Source: Candidatus Limnocylindrales bacterium (GTDB taxonomy: Bacteria > Verrucomicrobiota > Verrucomicrobiia > Limisphaerales > UBA11358). Taken from it: a DNA stretch of 64,000 nt. This document shows positions 18,507 to 30,273 of this stretch, piece after piece. The stretch is from positions 22,733-86,732 of the forward strand of contig DATNHM010000056.1 of the NCBI GenBank assembly GCA_035604955.1, read 5' to 3'. Position numbers and translations under genes: made by a program. The notes under the pieces are model-generated. The model ran no database searches. It worked only from the letters and a program-made list of their open reading frames with translations, and was not told the DNA's origin. Within the stretch, counting starts at the first letter, position 1. Each line of letters begins with the position of its first letter.

Positions 18507-19544
18507 ATGAGAACGCAAATGTCAAAACTGTTGAAAGAGTTGCTCAAGGCAACCTCGCGCTCGTTTTACCTGACTTTGCGCGTGTTGCCGGCCCGGGTGC
18601 GCCCGCAAATCGGCCTCGCCTACCTGCTCGCGCGCACCACCGATACCATCGCCGACACGGAAATTGTCCTGCTGGCGCAACGGCTTGACGCGCTGCAACA
18701 ATTGCGTCAACGCATCCTGGGTAAATCCACCGCACCGCTGAATTTCGGCGGACTCGCCCAACAACAAGCCTTGCCCGCCGAGCGTCTCCTGCTGGAAAAG
18801 GTCGAAGCCAGTCTGGCACTATTGCAAAAACTTTCGCCTGCCGATCTGCAACGGGTCCGGGGCGTGCTGGACATCATCATCAGCGGCCAGCAACTGGATT
18901 TGGAGCGGTTCGCCGGGGCCTCCGCCGAAAACATCATCGCGCTCAAATCCGCCATTGAACTCGATGACTATACCTATCGGGTCGCCGGCTGTGTGGGCGA
19001 GTTCTGGACCCAAGTGTGCCGCGCGCATCTGTTCCCGCGCGCGGAACTGGAAGATGCGCAACTGTTCGGCGACAGCATCCGTTTCGGGAAAGGATTGCAA
19101 CTCGTCAACATTTTGCGCGATTTGCCGGCGGATTTGCACAAGGGCCGCTGTTACTTGCCGTCCCTGGAATTGGACCAGGCCGGCTTGATGCCGTCGGTCC
19201 TGTTGTCACCCGTGAACGAATCCCGGTTCCGCCCGCTTTACCACCGTTACCTCGATTTGGCGGAATTGCATCTGCAGGCGGGCTGGAATTACACCCGTTC
19301 ACTGCCACGCGGGCAGATGCGGGTGCGGCTGGCCTGCGCATGGCCGATTTTGATAGGCGCCAAAACGATTGAGCGACTGCGCTCCGCCAACGTGCTGGAA
19401 CTGCGGCAAGGCGTCAAAATTTCCCGGGGCGCAATCCGGGTAATTTTGCTGCGTTCGGCGCTGCTTTATCCGCTGCAAACCGCATGGCAAAAGCAGTTTG
19501 TCGCCAGCCCGAAAGCTGTTGCATCCAGCCCCAAATTAGGGTAA
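18507..19544 (+). CDS. squalene/phytoene synthase family protein
   Basis: SRSFYLTLRVLP, first Asp-rich motif ARTTDTIAD, YTYRVAGCVGEF, and LQLVNILRDLPADLHKGRCYLP. Confidence 0.8.
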   Translation: MRTQMSKLLKELLKATSRSFYLTLRVLPARVRPQIGLAYLLARTTDTIADTEIVLLAQRLDALQQLRQRILGKSTAPLNFGGLAQQQALPAERLLLEKVEASLALLQKLSPADLQRVRGVLDIIISGQQLDLERFAGASAENIIALKSAIELDDYTYRVAGCVGEFWTQVCRAHLFPRAELEDAQLFGDSIRFGKGLQLVNILRDLPADLHKGRCYLPSLELDQAGLMPSVLLSPVNESRFRPLYHRYLDLAELHLQAGWNYTRSLPRGQMRVRLACAWPILIGAKTIERLRSANVLELRQGVKISRGAIRVILLRSALLYPLQTAWQKQFVASPKAVASSPKLG

Positions 19545-19553
19545 GGAAACATC

Positions 19554-20378
19554 ATGCGAATTTCCAAGTTGTGCCTTGTGGTTTGCGCGGTGGCCCTCAG
19601 CGCCACTTCCCCGACTGTCCGCGCAGACGACAACCCCGCTCAAGCCGCCGCCCGAGCAGCGTTGGAGGAACAAATGCGCGCATTGGACATGCAACCGGCG
19701 CCGACGAATGCGCCAGTGCCCGCCCCCGTGACGCCGGCGCAACCGGCCCAGCCTGCGGTCAAAGCGCCGGCTCAACCCGCGGTGACAACCCCGCCGCCGG
19801 TGTCCAATCCGCCGGCGATGGAAACCAATCAATCCGCCGCGCCTGCGGCAACGATGCCAACAACGAACGTACCGCCGGCCCAGCCGCCACCGGTTGCCGT
19901 CACTCCCTCCGGGGCGACTGTGCAGCAGCCAACCAATCCGCCGGCGACAACAGCCCCGGCGATAACTCCCGCGCCCCGCGTTGCGCCGGTTCAAACGACC
20001 AAACCAGCGACGTCATCGGCTTCGAGTTCGGGGAATAGTTTATTTGCCCCGGTGCCGCCGCCCTCGGGCGGTACCCCCGCCGGGGCAATGCCGGAGGAAA
20101 GCATGCCGTCATCCACTGCGTCCGCGGTGCCAACGGCGGTTCAAGTCCCGGCACCCGCCCCCGTTCAATCCCTCCCCCTGGAGCCGTCACGAAAGAATAA
20201 CAGCGCGGCTATTCCGGGAGGAGAACTGGGTCTGAAACCAATCGTGGCGCCGCCGCTGCCGATTTCCGCCACTCAACAAGCGCAACTCCAGGCTTTGCTG
20301 GAGAAATACAATTCCGGCGCCATCACGCCGGTGCAATACCAGACCGAGCGCGCCAAAATTCTGAACCAATCCCGTTAA
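19554..20378 (+). CDS. secreted Pro/Ala-rich low-complexity protein with SHOCT-like C-terminus
   Basis: Signal peptide MRISKLCLVVCAVALSA, a long P/A/T-rich region, and the C-terminal LLEKYNSGAITPVQYQTERAKIL, which resembles the SHOCT short C-terminal domain. Confidence 0.55.
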   Translation: MRISKLCLVVCAVALSATSPTVRADDNPAQAAARAALEEQMRALDMQPAPTNAPVPAPVTPAQPAQPAVKAPAQPAVTTPPPVSNPPAMETNQSAAPAATMPTTNVPPAQPPPVAVTPSGATVQQPTNPPATTAPAITPAPRVAPVQTTKPATSSASSSGNSLFAPVPPPSGGTPAGAMPEESMPSSTASAVPTAVQVPAPAPVQSLPLEPSRKNNSAAIPGGELGLKPIVAPPLPISATQQAQLQALLEKYNSGAITPVQYQTERAKILNQSR

Positions 20379-20395
20379 GAACCGCCTGCTTTCCT

Positions 20396-20428
20396 GCCCG
20401 CCGGTTCTTATCGGCGGGCTTTTTCTTT
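20396..20428 (+). terminator. Rho-independent terminator
   Basis: GCCCGCCG-gttcttat-CGGCGGGC followed by TTTTTCTTT, 18 nt after the stop at 20378. Confidence 0.65.
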
Positions 20429-20465
20429 GCCACCCTCAGCCGCCAACTTTAAACTCTGACCGCAC

Positions 20466-21764
20466 ATGCACGATTTTCGTTACCTCGGCAAAAAATTGTT
20501 CTGCGAAGGCGTCGCCGTGGAGGCGCTCGCGCGCCGGTTCGGCACGCCGCTTTATGTTTATTCGCAGCACACGCTGACGGACCATTTTCGAAAACTCGAC
20601 CGCGCTATGTCGCCGGTGGAGCACCTGGTTTGTTTTTCGGTCAAATCCAATTCCAACCTGTCCCTGTTGTGCGCGCTCGCCAGGCTTGGCAGCGGTTTTG
20701 ACATTGTGAGCGGCGGTGAATTGCAACGTGTCCTCGCGGCCGGCGGCGATCCGCGCGGGTGTATTTTTGCCGGCGTCGGCAAAACGGAAAACGAAATTGA
20801 ATTTGCGCTGCGGCAGAACGTGTATTCGTTCAATGCGGAAAGCGAGGCGGAATTGCAGCGCATTCATCGCGTGGCCGCGCGGCTCAAGCGCATCGCGCCT
20901 GTCGCCGTGCGCGTGAATCCGAACGTCGCGGCGCACACGCACGCCAAAATCACCACCGGCACCTACGAGAACAAATTCGGCATCGCGTTCGAGCAAATCG
21001 AAGGCGTCTATGCCCGGGCGGCCCGGTTGAAAAACCTGCGCCTGCGCGGACTGCAAATGCACATCGGTTCGCAACTGACCAGCGTTGCGCCCTTCGAACA
21101 AGCCGTGCGCAAAGTCCTGCCGCTGGTGCGGCGGCTCGCGGAGAGATACGAACTGGAATTTCTGAGCATCGGTGGCGGACTGGGAATCGTTTACCAGCCT
21201 GCGCTGGCGAGCGGTTCACCCGGCTGGTGGAAAACCGCGGCCGCGAAAAACATTTTGACGCCGGCGAGTTATGCCGCGCGTCTGCTGCCGCTGTTGCAAC
21301 CGCTCGGCGTGAAAATTTTGCTGGAGCCGGGCCGCTTCATTTCCGGCAATGCGGGTATTCTGGTCACGCGCGTCGAATACGTGAAACGCACCGGCCAAAA
21401 GAATTTTGTGATCGTGGATGCCGCGATGAATGATTTGATTCGCCCGGCGTTCTACGATGCGTATCACGAAATCGTGCCGCTCGTCCGCAAAACCGGCGGA
21501 ATGATGAGAGCCGATGTCGTAGGCGGCATCTGTGAATCCGGCGATTATTTTTGCAAGGACCGCCCGCTGCCAGGGGTCGGTGAGGGTGATTATCTGGCGT
21601 TGTTGAGTGCCGGGGCCTACGGGTTTGTCATGGCGTCAAATTACAACACACGCCCCCTGGCTGCCGAGGTTCTGGTGAGCGGCCGCCGCGCCGCGGTGGC
21701 CCGCGAACGCCAGCCAGCCAAAGAAATTTGGTCGGGCGAGAAAGTTGTGGCATGGTTAAGGTAG
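20466..21764 (+). CDS. lysA: diaminopimelate decarboxylase
   Basis: 432 aa. TPLYVYS, the PLP-lysine region FSVKSNSN, GSGFDIVSGGEL, and CESGD near the C-terminus. Confidence 0.95.
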   Translation: MHDFRYLGKKLFCEGVAVEALARRFGTPLYVYSQHTLTDHFRKLDRAMSPVEHLVCFSVKSNSNLSLLCALARLGSGFDIVSGGELQRVLAAGGDPRGCIFAGVGKTENEIEFALRQNVYSFNAESEAELQRIHRVAARLKRIAPVAVRVNPNVAAHTHAKITTGTYENKFGIAFEQIEGVYARAARLKNLRLRGLQMHIGSQLTSVAPFEQAVRKVLPLVRRLAERYELEFLSIGGGLGIVYQPALASGSPGWWKTAAAKNILTPASYAARLLPLLQPLGVKILLEPGRFISGNAGILVTRVEYVKRTGQKNFVIVDAAMNDLIRPAFYDAYHEIVPLVRKTGGMMRADVVGGICESGDYFCKDRPLPGVGEGDYLALLSAGAYGFVMASNYNTRPLAAEVLVSGRRAAVARERQPAKEIWSGEKVVAWLR

Positions 21765-21768
21765 TACC

Positions 21769-22956
21769 GTGAACACCGAATTTTCCATCGCCGCGCACTG
21801 GCCGGACGGCTTTGATGAAAGCAGGCTCCGCCTGTGGGCAGAAAATCTGCGCGCACAGCTTCTGGCGCCCCAGGTTTCACTCGGCCTGGTTTTCATGTCG
21901 CCGAAATTCTTCGCGCATGCGCGGCCGACGCTGGAAATTTTGCGTGTCCATGCCCGGATTCCCCTGCTGGCGGGTTGTTCCAGCACCGGATTGATCGCCG
22001 GTTCAAACGAAATCGAAGGCGCGACGGGATTTGTGCTGGCGCTCTATTCCCTGCCGGGAGCGGAATTGCAGGGGTTTCGTTTTACGCAGAAACAGGTGGA
22101 AGAGGCCAATGGCCGGGCCTACTGGCATTTGGAAACCGGCCTCGAGCCGAAGCGCACGAATGGCTGGCTCGTGTTCATTGACCCGTTTCATCTCGATGCG
22201 GAAAGCTGGCTCCGTTCGTGGAACGAAGCTTACGCGCCGCTACCGGCGCTCGGCGGCCTGGCCAGTGGGGTTTTCTCCGATCAAACCACGCAGATCTATT
22301 TGAACGGCGACGTGTTTGAGGACGGCGGCGTCGCCGTTTCCGTCGGCGGCGACGTAAAACTGGCGAGCGTCATTTCCCAGGGTTGCACGCCCATTGGTGA
22401 GACGTGGACGCTCACGCGCGTCGAACATAATTTAATCCGCCAAATTGCGAATCGCCCCGCTTATGCGGTGCTGGCAGAGACGTTTCAGAAACTTCCGCCC
22501 GCCGAACAACAAAAGGCACGCGGCAACCTGTTCATCGGCCTGGTCGTCAACGAATACCTTGAGGATTTTCACCGGGGCGATTTCCTCGTGCGCAATCTCA
22601 TCGGCGGCGACCCGAACTCCGGCGTGCTGTCCGTCGGCGCGATGCCGCGTGCGGGGCAAACCATGCAATTCCAACGGCGCGACGCGGCGGCGGCAAACGA
22701 GGACATGAACGAGTTGCTCTCCCGCGCCAAAAAACAGCTTGCCGCAACGACGATTTACGGCGGCTGCCTCTGCTCCTGCAACGGCCGCGGCCAGAATCTG
22801 TTTGGCCGGCCAAATCATGATGCCGAAATGGTACAGCAACGGCTCGGCCCGCTGGGCCTGACCGGGTTTTTCTGCAATGGTGAAATCGGACCGGTTGGTG
22901 AAAAGAACTTCCTCCACGGTTATACTGCTTCGCTGGCGCTGTTTGTGAAAAAGTAA
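21769..22956 (+). CDS. FIST-domain signal-sensing protein
   Basis: 395 aa with FIST_N/FIST_C organisation. The C-terminal GFFCNGEIGPVGEKNFLHGYTASLALF is the typical FIST_C ending. Confidence 0.8.
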   Translation: MNTEFSIAAHWPDGFDESRLRLWAENLRAQLLAPQVSLGLVFMSPKFFAHARPTLEILRVHARIPLLAGCSSTGLIAGSNEIEGATGFVLALYSLPGAELQGFRFTQKQVEEANGRAYWHLETGLEPKRTNGWLVFIDPFHLDAESWLRSWNEAYAPLPALGGLASGVFSDQTTQIYLNGDVFEDGGVAVSVGGDVKLASVISQGCTPIGETWTLTRVEHNLIRQIANRPAYAVLAETFQKLPPAEQQKARGNLFIGLVVNEYLEDFHRGDFLVRNLIGGDPNSGVLSVGAMPRAGQTMQFQRRDAAAANEDMNELLSRAKKQLAATTIYGGCLCSCNGRGQNLFGRPNHDAEMVQQRLGPLGLTGFFCNGEIGPVGEKNFLHGYTASLALFVKK

Positions 22957-22976
22957 CCCCGAACACTTTCGGGGTT
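22955..22976 (+). terminator. stem-loop overlapping the FIST stop codon (weak terminator candidate)
   Basis: AACCCCGAA-cact-TTCGGGGTT followed only by GCATTTGCC, a poor U-tract. Confidence 0.3.
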
Positions 22977-23011
22977 GCATTTGCCCGCCGACCCGCCATG
23001 CTCGCGGGAAA

Positions 23012-23461
23012 ATGGTTTCTCCGGAAGAACACCCGACGGAATCGAATCCCGCCGCACCCCCGCGAAGTCCGGGTGGCGAACGGCGACGCGGCCGGCGCGG
23101 CGGGCGCGGGCGTGGCCGCGGGCGTGGTCCACGCCCGGCCACGCAAATCGCGCCAGGCGATCAGCCCGCGGGCGCGCCTGCCGAAGAAACCACGGCGCCG
23201 CCCCCACCAGGGCTTTCAAATGTTGCCCCGGCTGGAAAAGATTCTTCCGCCATCAGCCGGGCGATTGACGAAGTACGGCAAATCGTCGAATCACTCGAAC
23301 AGGCTTTGGAGCAAATGGAAGAAGTGCAGGAACTGGTTGAAATGGCGGACCGCCAGAAATCCGCCGACGAACGTGAAATTGAATCATTGCGCCGGGCACT
23401 CCGAAGAATGCAGTCGCCGCGCGGCCACAAAGACACGCCGCACGAACAGGGCGGCGGTTAG
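23012..23461 (+). CDS. hypothetical protein (RG-rich N-terminus, acidic coiled-coil C-terminus)
   Basis: 149-aa ORF with GERRRGRRGGRGRGRGRG, then IDEVRQIVESLEQALEQMEEVQELVEMADRQ. No family recognised, and the high-GC context makes ORF calls less reliable. Confidence 0.4.
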   Translation: MVSPEEHPTESNPAAPPRSPGGERRRGRRGGRGRGRGRGPRPATQIAPGDQPAGAPAEETTAPPPPGLSNVAPAGKDSSAISRAIDEVRQIVESLEQALEQMEEVQELVEMADRQKSADEREIESLRRALRRMQSPRGHKDTPHEQGGG

Positions 23462-23733
23462 AATCCCTCAAACACCCGGGCCAGGCGGTGGTTCACGTAG
23501 AGAACATTGCGGGAGCCGAACAGAGGTTTGCGCCGCTTTTCAATCCGCACCGGCCATTGTTCGGCATCGCCAACCATAAAGTCAAAAACTTCATGGATCG
23601 GCTCGTTTAACAGGCGGACGGCGCGGCGGACGGGTTTGTTGTCCACGCGAATGAGCAAGGTGCCGCACAGTTGGTTGAAATTAAATTCGACGTGGTGCTT
23701 TTCCACGTCGCCGACCTCAAAAGAGAACTTCAT
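23458..23733 (-). CDS. hypothetical small protein
   Basis: 91-aa ORF with balanced composition (MKFSFEVGDVEKHHVEFNFNQLCGTLLIRVDNKP...). It converges on the previous ORF with a 4-nt overlap. No family recognised. Confidence 0.4.
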   Translation of the reverse strand: MKFSFEVGDVEKHHVEFNFNQLCGTLLIRVDNKPVRRAVRLLNEPIHEVFDFMVGDAEQWPVRIEKRRKPLFGSRNVLYVNHRLARVFEGF

Positions 23734-23910
23734 AGATATACGTCTTGTGACGCCGCCCTCTGCGCAAATTCCATGCCGCTCCCCCCAAAAAAAATGCGAA
23801 CGGAATTTTCAACGATAATTTGTGGACTAATCAAAAATTCGGACCTGACCGGCGCGGCCACAGGCTGAAAAACTGTCTCAAAACCGTTCAGCGGCAATTC
23901 CATTCTGGCA

Positions 23911-26148
<2,238 letters not shown>

Positions 26149-26207
26149 AATGAAAGCGCAGCCAATTTTGCGTCGTCAGTAACGCGCGGTTGCGTTAGTT
26201 TGGCGGC

Positions 26208-26948
26208 ATGTTATCGGCCAAACCCTGGCGGGTGGAAGTGGTGGTCTGGTTTTGCGCGGCGCAATTGGTCAGTCTTTGTGTGGGACTGACCCTCATCGGC
26301 GTGCTGCAAAAAGCCGGGTTCGCCGCGTTTCAACCGCCCGCCGGCGCCGGCGCGGTGTTGCTCAGCACGCTGGCTTTTCAAGGCGCATCGTGGGTTCTGA
26401 TTTTCATTTTCCTGCGGCTGCATCAGGTGAACTGGCGCGACGCGTTTGGTCTGCACCGGACGGCCTTGAACCGCGCCTGGTTCCCGGCCGTGCCGGTCGT
26501 CATCCTGTTTTTGCCGCCGGGGGTGTTGTTCCTGCATTCCGCGTTCGTTTACCTGTTCACCAGGATCGGCTGGCAACCTCAAGCGGAGACCGCGGTAACC
26601 GTGGTGATGAATGCGAAGGCCTGGTGGCTGCGTATTTATTTGGGTGTGTTCACCGTGGCGATCGCGCCGGTCGCCGAGGAATTCATTTTCCGCGGCATGT
26701 TGTATCCATTCATTAAACAATCCGGCTGGCCGCGGATGGCGTGGCTGGGCGTCAGTTTTCTGTTCGCCCTGATTCACTGGGATGCGACGGCGTTTGTGCC
26801 GCTGTTCCTGCTGGCGCTGATGCTCACGTGGCTTTACGAAAAGACCGACAGCCTGCTCGTGCCCGTCACGGCGCATGCCCTGTTCAACGGGGTGAGCCTC
26901 GCCCTGCTCTGTGTCTTTCAAAATGAAATCGGCTCAGGTTCGTCATGA
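26208..26948 (+). CDS. CPBP-family intramembrane glutamic endopeptidase (CAAX protease-like)
   Basis: Polytopic protein with the motifs APVAEEFIFRGMLY, LFALIHW and VTAHALFNG. Confidence 0.85.
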   Translation: MLSAKPWRVEVVVWFCAAQLVSLCVGLTLIGVLQKAGFAAFQPPAGAGAVLLSTLAFQGASWVLIFIFLRLHQVNWRDAFGLHRTALNRAWFPAVPVVILFLPPGVLFLHSAFVYLFTRIGWQPQAETAVTVVMNAKAWWLRIYLGVFTVAIAPVAEEFIFRGMLYPFIKQSGWPRMAWLGVSFLFALIHWDATAFVPLFLLALMLTWLYEKTDSLLVPVTAHALFNGVSLALLCVFQNEIGSGSS

Positions 26949-27877
26949 ATGAATTTGAACTCATCGCCCAATTGACGAAGACGCTGCCCGCCAATCCAAC
27001 GGTGGTGACCGGCGCGGGTGACGATTGCGCCGTGCTGGATTTCGGCCTGCCGGACAAATTGTTTCTGTTCAAAACCGACGCGGTGGTGGAAGGCGTTCAT
27101 TTTGAAAAGGACACGCCGCCGGAAAAAATCGGGCGCAAGGCGCTCGCGCGCTGCCTGAGTGACATCGCGGCCATGGCCGGAACGCCGACCGCGGCGGTGG
27201 TGACTCTCGGCTTGCCGGAACTTTTCAAACCGGCGACGGTCGTCAAAATTTATGACGGCCTGAACGCTCTCGCCCAAAAGCATGGCGTGGCCGTGGTCGG
27301 CGGGGAAACGACGGCCAACCCCGGGCGCATTTTTATTTCCGTCGCCTTGCTGGGAACCGTCCGCCGGGGGAGGCAAATCCTCCGTTCGACCGCCAGGGCC
27401 GGCGATGCGATTTTTGTGACTGGTGAACTCGGCGGTTCAGCCGCCGGCCGGCATCTTGATTTTGAACCACGGCTGGCCGAGGCACGCTGGCTGATGGAAC
27501 ATTTTCCGGTCCACGCGATGATTGATGTGAGCGACGGACTGGCCGGCGATTTGCGCCACCTTTTGAAGGCCAGCGGTGTCGGCGCCGAGCTTTTGAAAAC
27601 CGCCGTTCCCGTCAGCCGGGCGGCGAGGGAAAGCGCCCGCAAAAATCCGTTCGGGAAAACGCCGCTGGCGGCCGCCTTGTCCGAGGGCGAGGATTTTGAA
27701 TTATTGTTCACGGTGGCCGCCGGCGACGCGGTGAAATTGAGCGACGCCTGGAAAAAACATTTTCCGAAACTGAAATTAAGCTGCATCGGGAAAACGGTTG
27801 CCGGCGAAGGCATCACCCTCCGCGACAAGTCCGGCGCGCAAAAACTGAACGCCCATGGCTACGTTCATTTCGCATAG
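26945..27877 (+). CDS. thiL: thiamine-monophosphate kinase
   Basis: MNEFELIAQL...GAGDDCAVLD...FKTDAVVEGVHF...GGETT, the AIR-synthase-related fold signature. Overlaps the upstream gene by 4 nt. Confidence 0.9.
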   Translation: MNEFELIAQLTKTLPANPTVVTGAGDDCAVLDFGLPDKLFLFKTDAVVEGVHFEKDTPPEKIGRKALARCLSDIAAMAGTPTAAVVTLGLPELFKPATVVKIYDGLNALAQKHGVAVVGGETTANPGRIFISVALLGTVRRGRQILRSTARAGDAIFVTGELGGSAAGRHLDFEPRLAEARWLMEHFPVHAMIDVSDGLAGDLRHLLKASGVGAELLKTAVPVSRAARESARKNPFGKTPLAAALSEGEDFELLFTVAAGDAVKLSDAWKKHFPKLKLSCIGKTVAGEGITLRDKSGAQKLNAHGYVHFA

Positions 27878-28286
27878 TCCGGCGGAGACCCGATCCCTCG
27901 GCGAATCGTGGGGGCGCACGGCGGAGCGCGGACTGGTGATTGCGCTGTCCGGCGGCCTGGGCGCGGGCAAAACGGAACTGGTGAAGGGCCTTGCGCGCGG
28001 GCTGGGCGCCACGGCGCGGGTGCATTCACCGACGTTCACTTTGGTGAATGAATACGACGGCGGACGATGGCGGTTGTTTCATTTGGACCTCTACCGGCTG
28101 GAGACACCGGGACAAATCATCGCGGCGGGGCTGGAGGAGTTTTTTCAACCGGACGGCGTGACGGTCATTGAATGGGCCGAGCGAATTTACGATTTACGAT
28201 TTGCGATTGACGATTTGAAAAAGGTGCAAATCGAAATTTTGAACGAATCGGAACGAAGAATATTTTATGACGGTTTTGGCGCTTGA
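27855..28286 (+). CDS. tsaE: tRNA t6A37 biosynthesis protein TsaE
   Basis: Walker A LSGGLGAGKTELVKG, SPTFTLVNEY, and LFHLDLYRL. Confidence 0.9.
   Translation: MATFISHSPAETRSLGESWGRTAERGLVIALSGGLGAGKTELVKGLARGLGATARVHSPTFTLVNEYDGGRWRLFHLDLYRLETPGQIIAAGLEEFFQPDGVTVIEWAERIYDLRFAIDDLKKVQIEILNESERRIFYDGFGA
28181..28215. repeat. heptanucleotide tandem repeat inside the 3' part of tsaE (GCGAATT TACGATT TACGATT TGCGATT GACGATT)
   Basis: Read directly. Translated as ...ERIYDLRFAIDDL... It is followed by a partner CAAATCG that can pair with CGATTTG. Confidence 0.85.
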
Positions 28287-28977
28287 ATTTTCGTCGGCCC
28301 AACGCAGTGTGGCGGTGCTTGACCTGGAGGCGGGCGGCGCTTCGTCATTGCCCAAAAAAGACGGGGCCAGGACCAGGCCACGCCCTCCAGCTAAAATGGC
28401 GGAGGCCATCGAAGCCGGCGCCGGCGGAACCAACGTGTTCAGCCTGATGGAAAAGGCCCTGGCCGGGGCGGGTCTGGCGCGCGAACAAATCGAGGTCATC
28501 GTGGTCGGGCTCGGGCCCGGCTCCTACACCGGCATCCGCGTGGCCATCTCGATAGCGCAAGGTTGGCAACTGGCGCGCGGGGTAAAATTGCTGGGTGTCA
28601 GCAGCGCCACATGCCTGGCGGCGCAGGCGCAGGCGCAGAAAATTTTCGGCCGGGTAAACGTGGTGGTGGATGCGCAGCGAAACGAATTTTATCTGGCCTC
28701 GTATGAAACCTCGTCGCGCGGTTGGCAGGAAACCAGGCCGTTGCGGATTGTGTCCCTGGCCGAAATGCAAACCCAGGCCGACGCCGGCGAAATCTGGGTT
28801 GGCCCGGAAGTGACCCGGTGGCTGGCACGGGGAAAAATCCTGTTTCCGTCGGCGGTGACCTTAGGACGGCTCGCTTTTGGACGAAATGATTGTGTGAGCG
28901 GCGACAAATTGGCGCCGATTTACCTGCGGGAAACAGGTTTCATCAAAGCGCCGCCTCTCAATCCAGCCGCGTTTTGA
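28267..28977 (+). CDS. tsaB: tRNA t6A37 biosynthesis protein TsaB
   Basis: MTVLALEFSS...VVGLGPGSYTGIRVAISIAQGW. It has an unusual ~35-aa G/A/P-rich insertion after the first strand. Confidence 0.85.
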   Translation: MTVLALEFSSAQRSVAVLDLEAGGASSLPKKDGARTRPRPPAKMAEAIEAGAGGTNVFSLMEKALAGAGLAREQIEVIVVGLGPGSYTGIRVAISIAQGWQLARGVKLLGVSSATCLAAQAQAQKIFGRVNVVVDAQRNEFYLASYETSSRGWQETRPLRIVSLAEMQTQADAGEIWVGPEVTRWLARGKILFPSAVTLGRLAFGRNDCVSGDKLAPIYLRETGFIKAPPLNPAAF

Positions 28978-29164
28978 ATGGGGCAAATCGCGGTATCCTG
29001 CCGAAGCCGCCGCGTGAGGACAAATGTCGAAATACGGGACAGGTTGCCGTTCATTGGCTTCACCCTCTCAACCATTTCCGGCCTGAAATACCGCAAAAAA
29101 ATGGTATATGCTTTGCTACAATCAACCGATGGCAGGCAGGTGCCTCGTTATATCTACATGTTGT

Positions 29165-29629
29165 ATGGCCCGTATTGAACGAACCGACAAGCGGAAGGCA
29201 AGCACGGCATTCACCCTGGTGGAGGTGGTAATGTCCATCGGCATTTTGTCCCTGGTGATGGGAGGGATGATTTTCGGCTATGTTCAAACCAACCACCGGA
29301 CGGAATGGAGTTCCATGTCGCTGGATGCCCAGTCTTTTGCCACCGAGGCCATCGAACAAGCCCGGGCGGCACAATTGGCTCTGGGGGGAGGAACGGTTAT
29401 CAATCAATATTCGCAACCGCCATTTAGTAATGGCACTTACACCCGAACCAACACCATGCTGATTCCCTCCACCGGCCGATTAACGAACGTTGTAACCACC
29501 GTCAGCATCACCAACCTTTCTTCCAACCCGACCCTGTACCAGTTCCGGGCGGACTGCGTCTGGTATTTCCCCGGCCGAACAAACAAGTTCACCAACACCA
29601 TAATCACCTGGCGTGCACCGGACCGATAA
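29165..29629 (+). CDS. prepilin-type N-terminal cleavage/methylation domain protein (GspI/PilV-like minor pseudopilin)
   Basis: MARIERTDKRKASTA|FTLVEVVMSIGILSLVMGG, with Glu at +5. Internal Met chosen as start. Confidence 0.7.
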   Translation: MARIERTDKRKASTAFTLVEVVMSIGILSLVMGGMIFGYVQTNHRTEWSSMSLDAQSFATEAIEQARAAQLALGGGTVINQYSQPPFSNGTYTRTNTMLIPSTGRLTNVVTTVSITNLSSNPTLYQFRADCVWYFPGRTNKFTNTIITWRAPDR

Positions 29630-29633
29630 ACGA

Positions 29634-30242
29634 ATGAAACTGATGCCAAATGATCCGCCGTGCCGGCCGCCGGTTTGGTTCGCCACGGTTCGTGCCTTTA
29701 CCTTGACGGAAATCATGGTCACCATGGCCGTTTTTGCCCTGGTGGTAATTGCGATGGTTTCTTTGCAAATCTTTGGGTTCAAGTTAAACTCACTCACCTC
29801 CAACAAACTGGTGACCACGGGCAACAGCCTTAAAGCCCTGGATCAAATGCAGAACCAAATCCGCGGAACACCCAATCCGGTGTTTATCGGAAACTTCAAT
29901 ACCGGCAACAACAAATTTACGGCCGTTGCCAATGGCCAGCCGGCCATCGGTAACGCCATGCAAGTTTCCAACAGTGCAACCAGCGTCCTTACCTTTTATT
30001 TGAACACCAACACCCATATTCTTTATGAATCGGGAAGTGTCACCAACACTCTCGCCCACGCGGTGACCAATTCACAGCCTTTCCAGGCCGAGGACTGTTT
30101 TGGCAGCAACTTCATCGCGGGCAGCTCAGGGCATTACACCGTTAAAATGACGTTGCAGTACAGCAACTGGCTTTATTCGATACCGACCAATGTCTATGAC
30201 ACCTATCGCCTGGAAGCCCGCGCCACCCCTCGTTCGCAATAA
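29634..30242 (+). CDS. prepilin-type N-terminal domain protein (GspJ/PilW-like minor pseudopilin)
   Basis: MKLMPNDPPCRPPVWFATVRA|FTLTEIMVTMAVFALVVIAMVSL. Confidence 0.7.
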   Translation: MKLMPNDPPCRPPVWFATVRAFTLTEIMVTMAVFALVVIAMVSLQIFGFKLNSLTSNKLVTTGNSLKALDQMQNQIRGTPNPVFIGNFNTGNNKFTAVANGQPAIGNAMQVSNSATSVLTFYLNTNTHILYESGSVTNTLAHAVTNSQPFQAEDCFGSNFIAGSSGHYTVKMTLQYSNWLYSIPTNVYDTYRLEARATPRSQ

Positions 30243-30273
30243 ATGAAAACACCCCAGGACGGAGACAGCCGCT

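Noticed and set aside
29114-29122. A possible extended -10 promoter (TGcTACAAT) upstream of the plus-strand pilin operon.
   Set aside because: There is no convincing -35 element, and I have no knowledge of promoter consensus in this lineage. The support is too weak to list as a feature.
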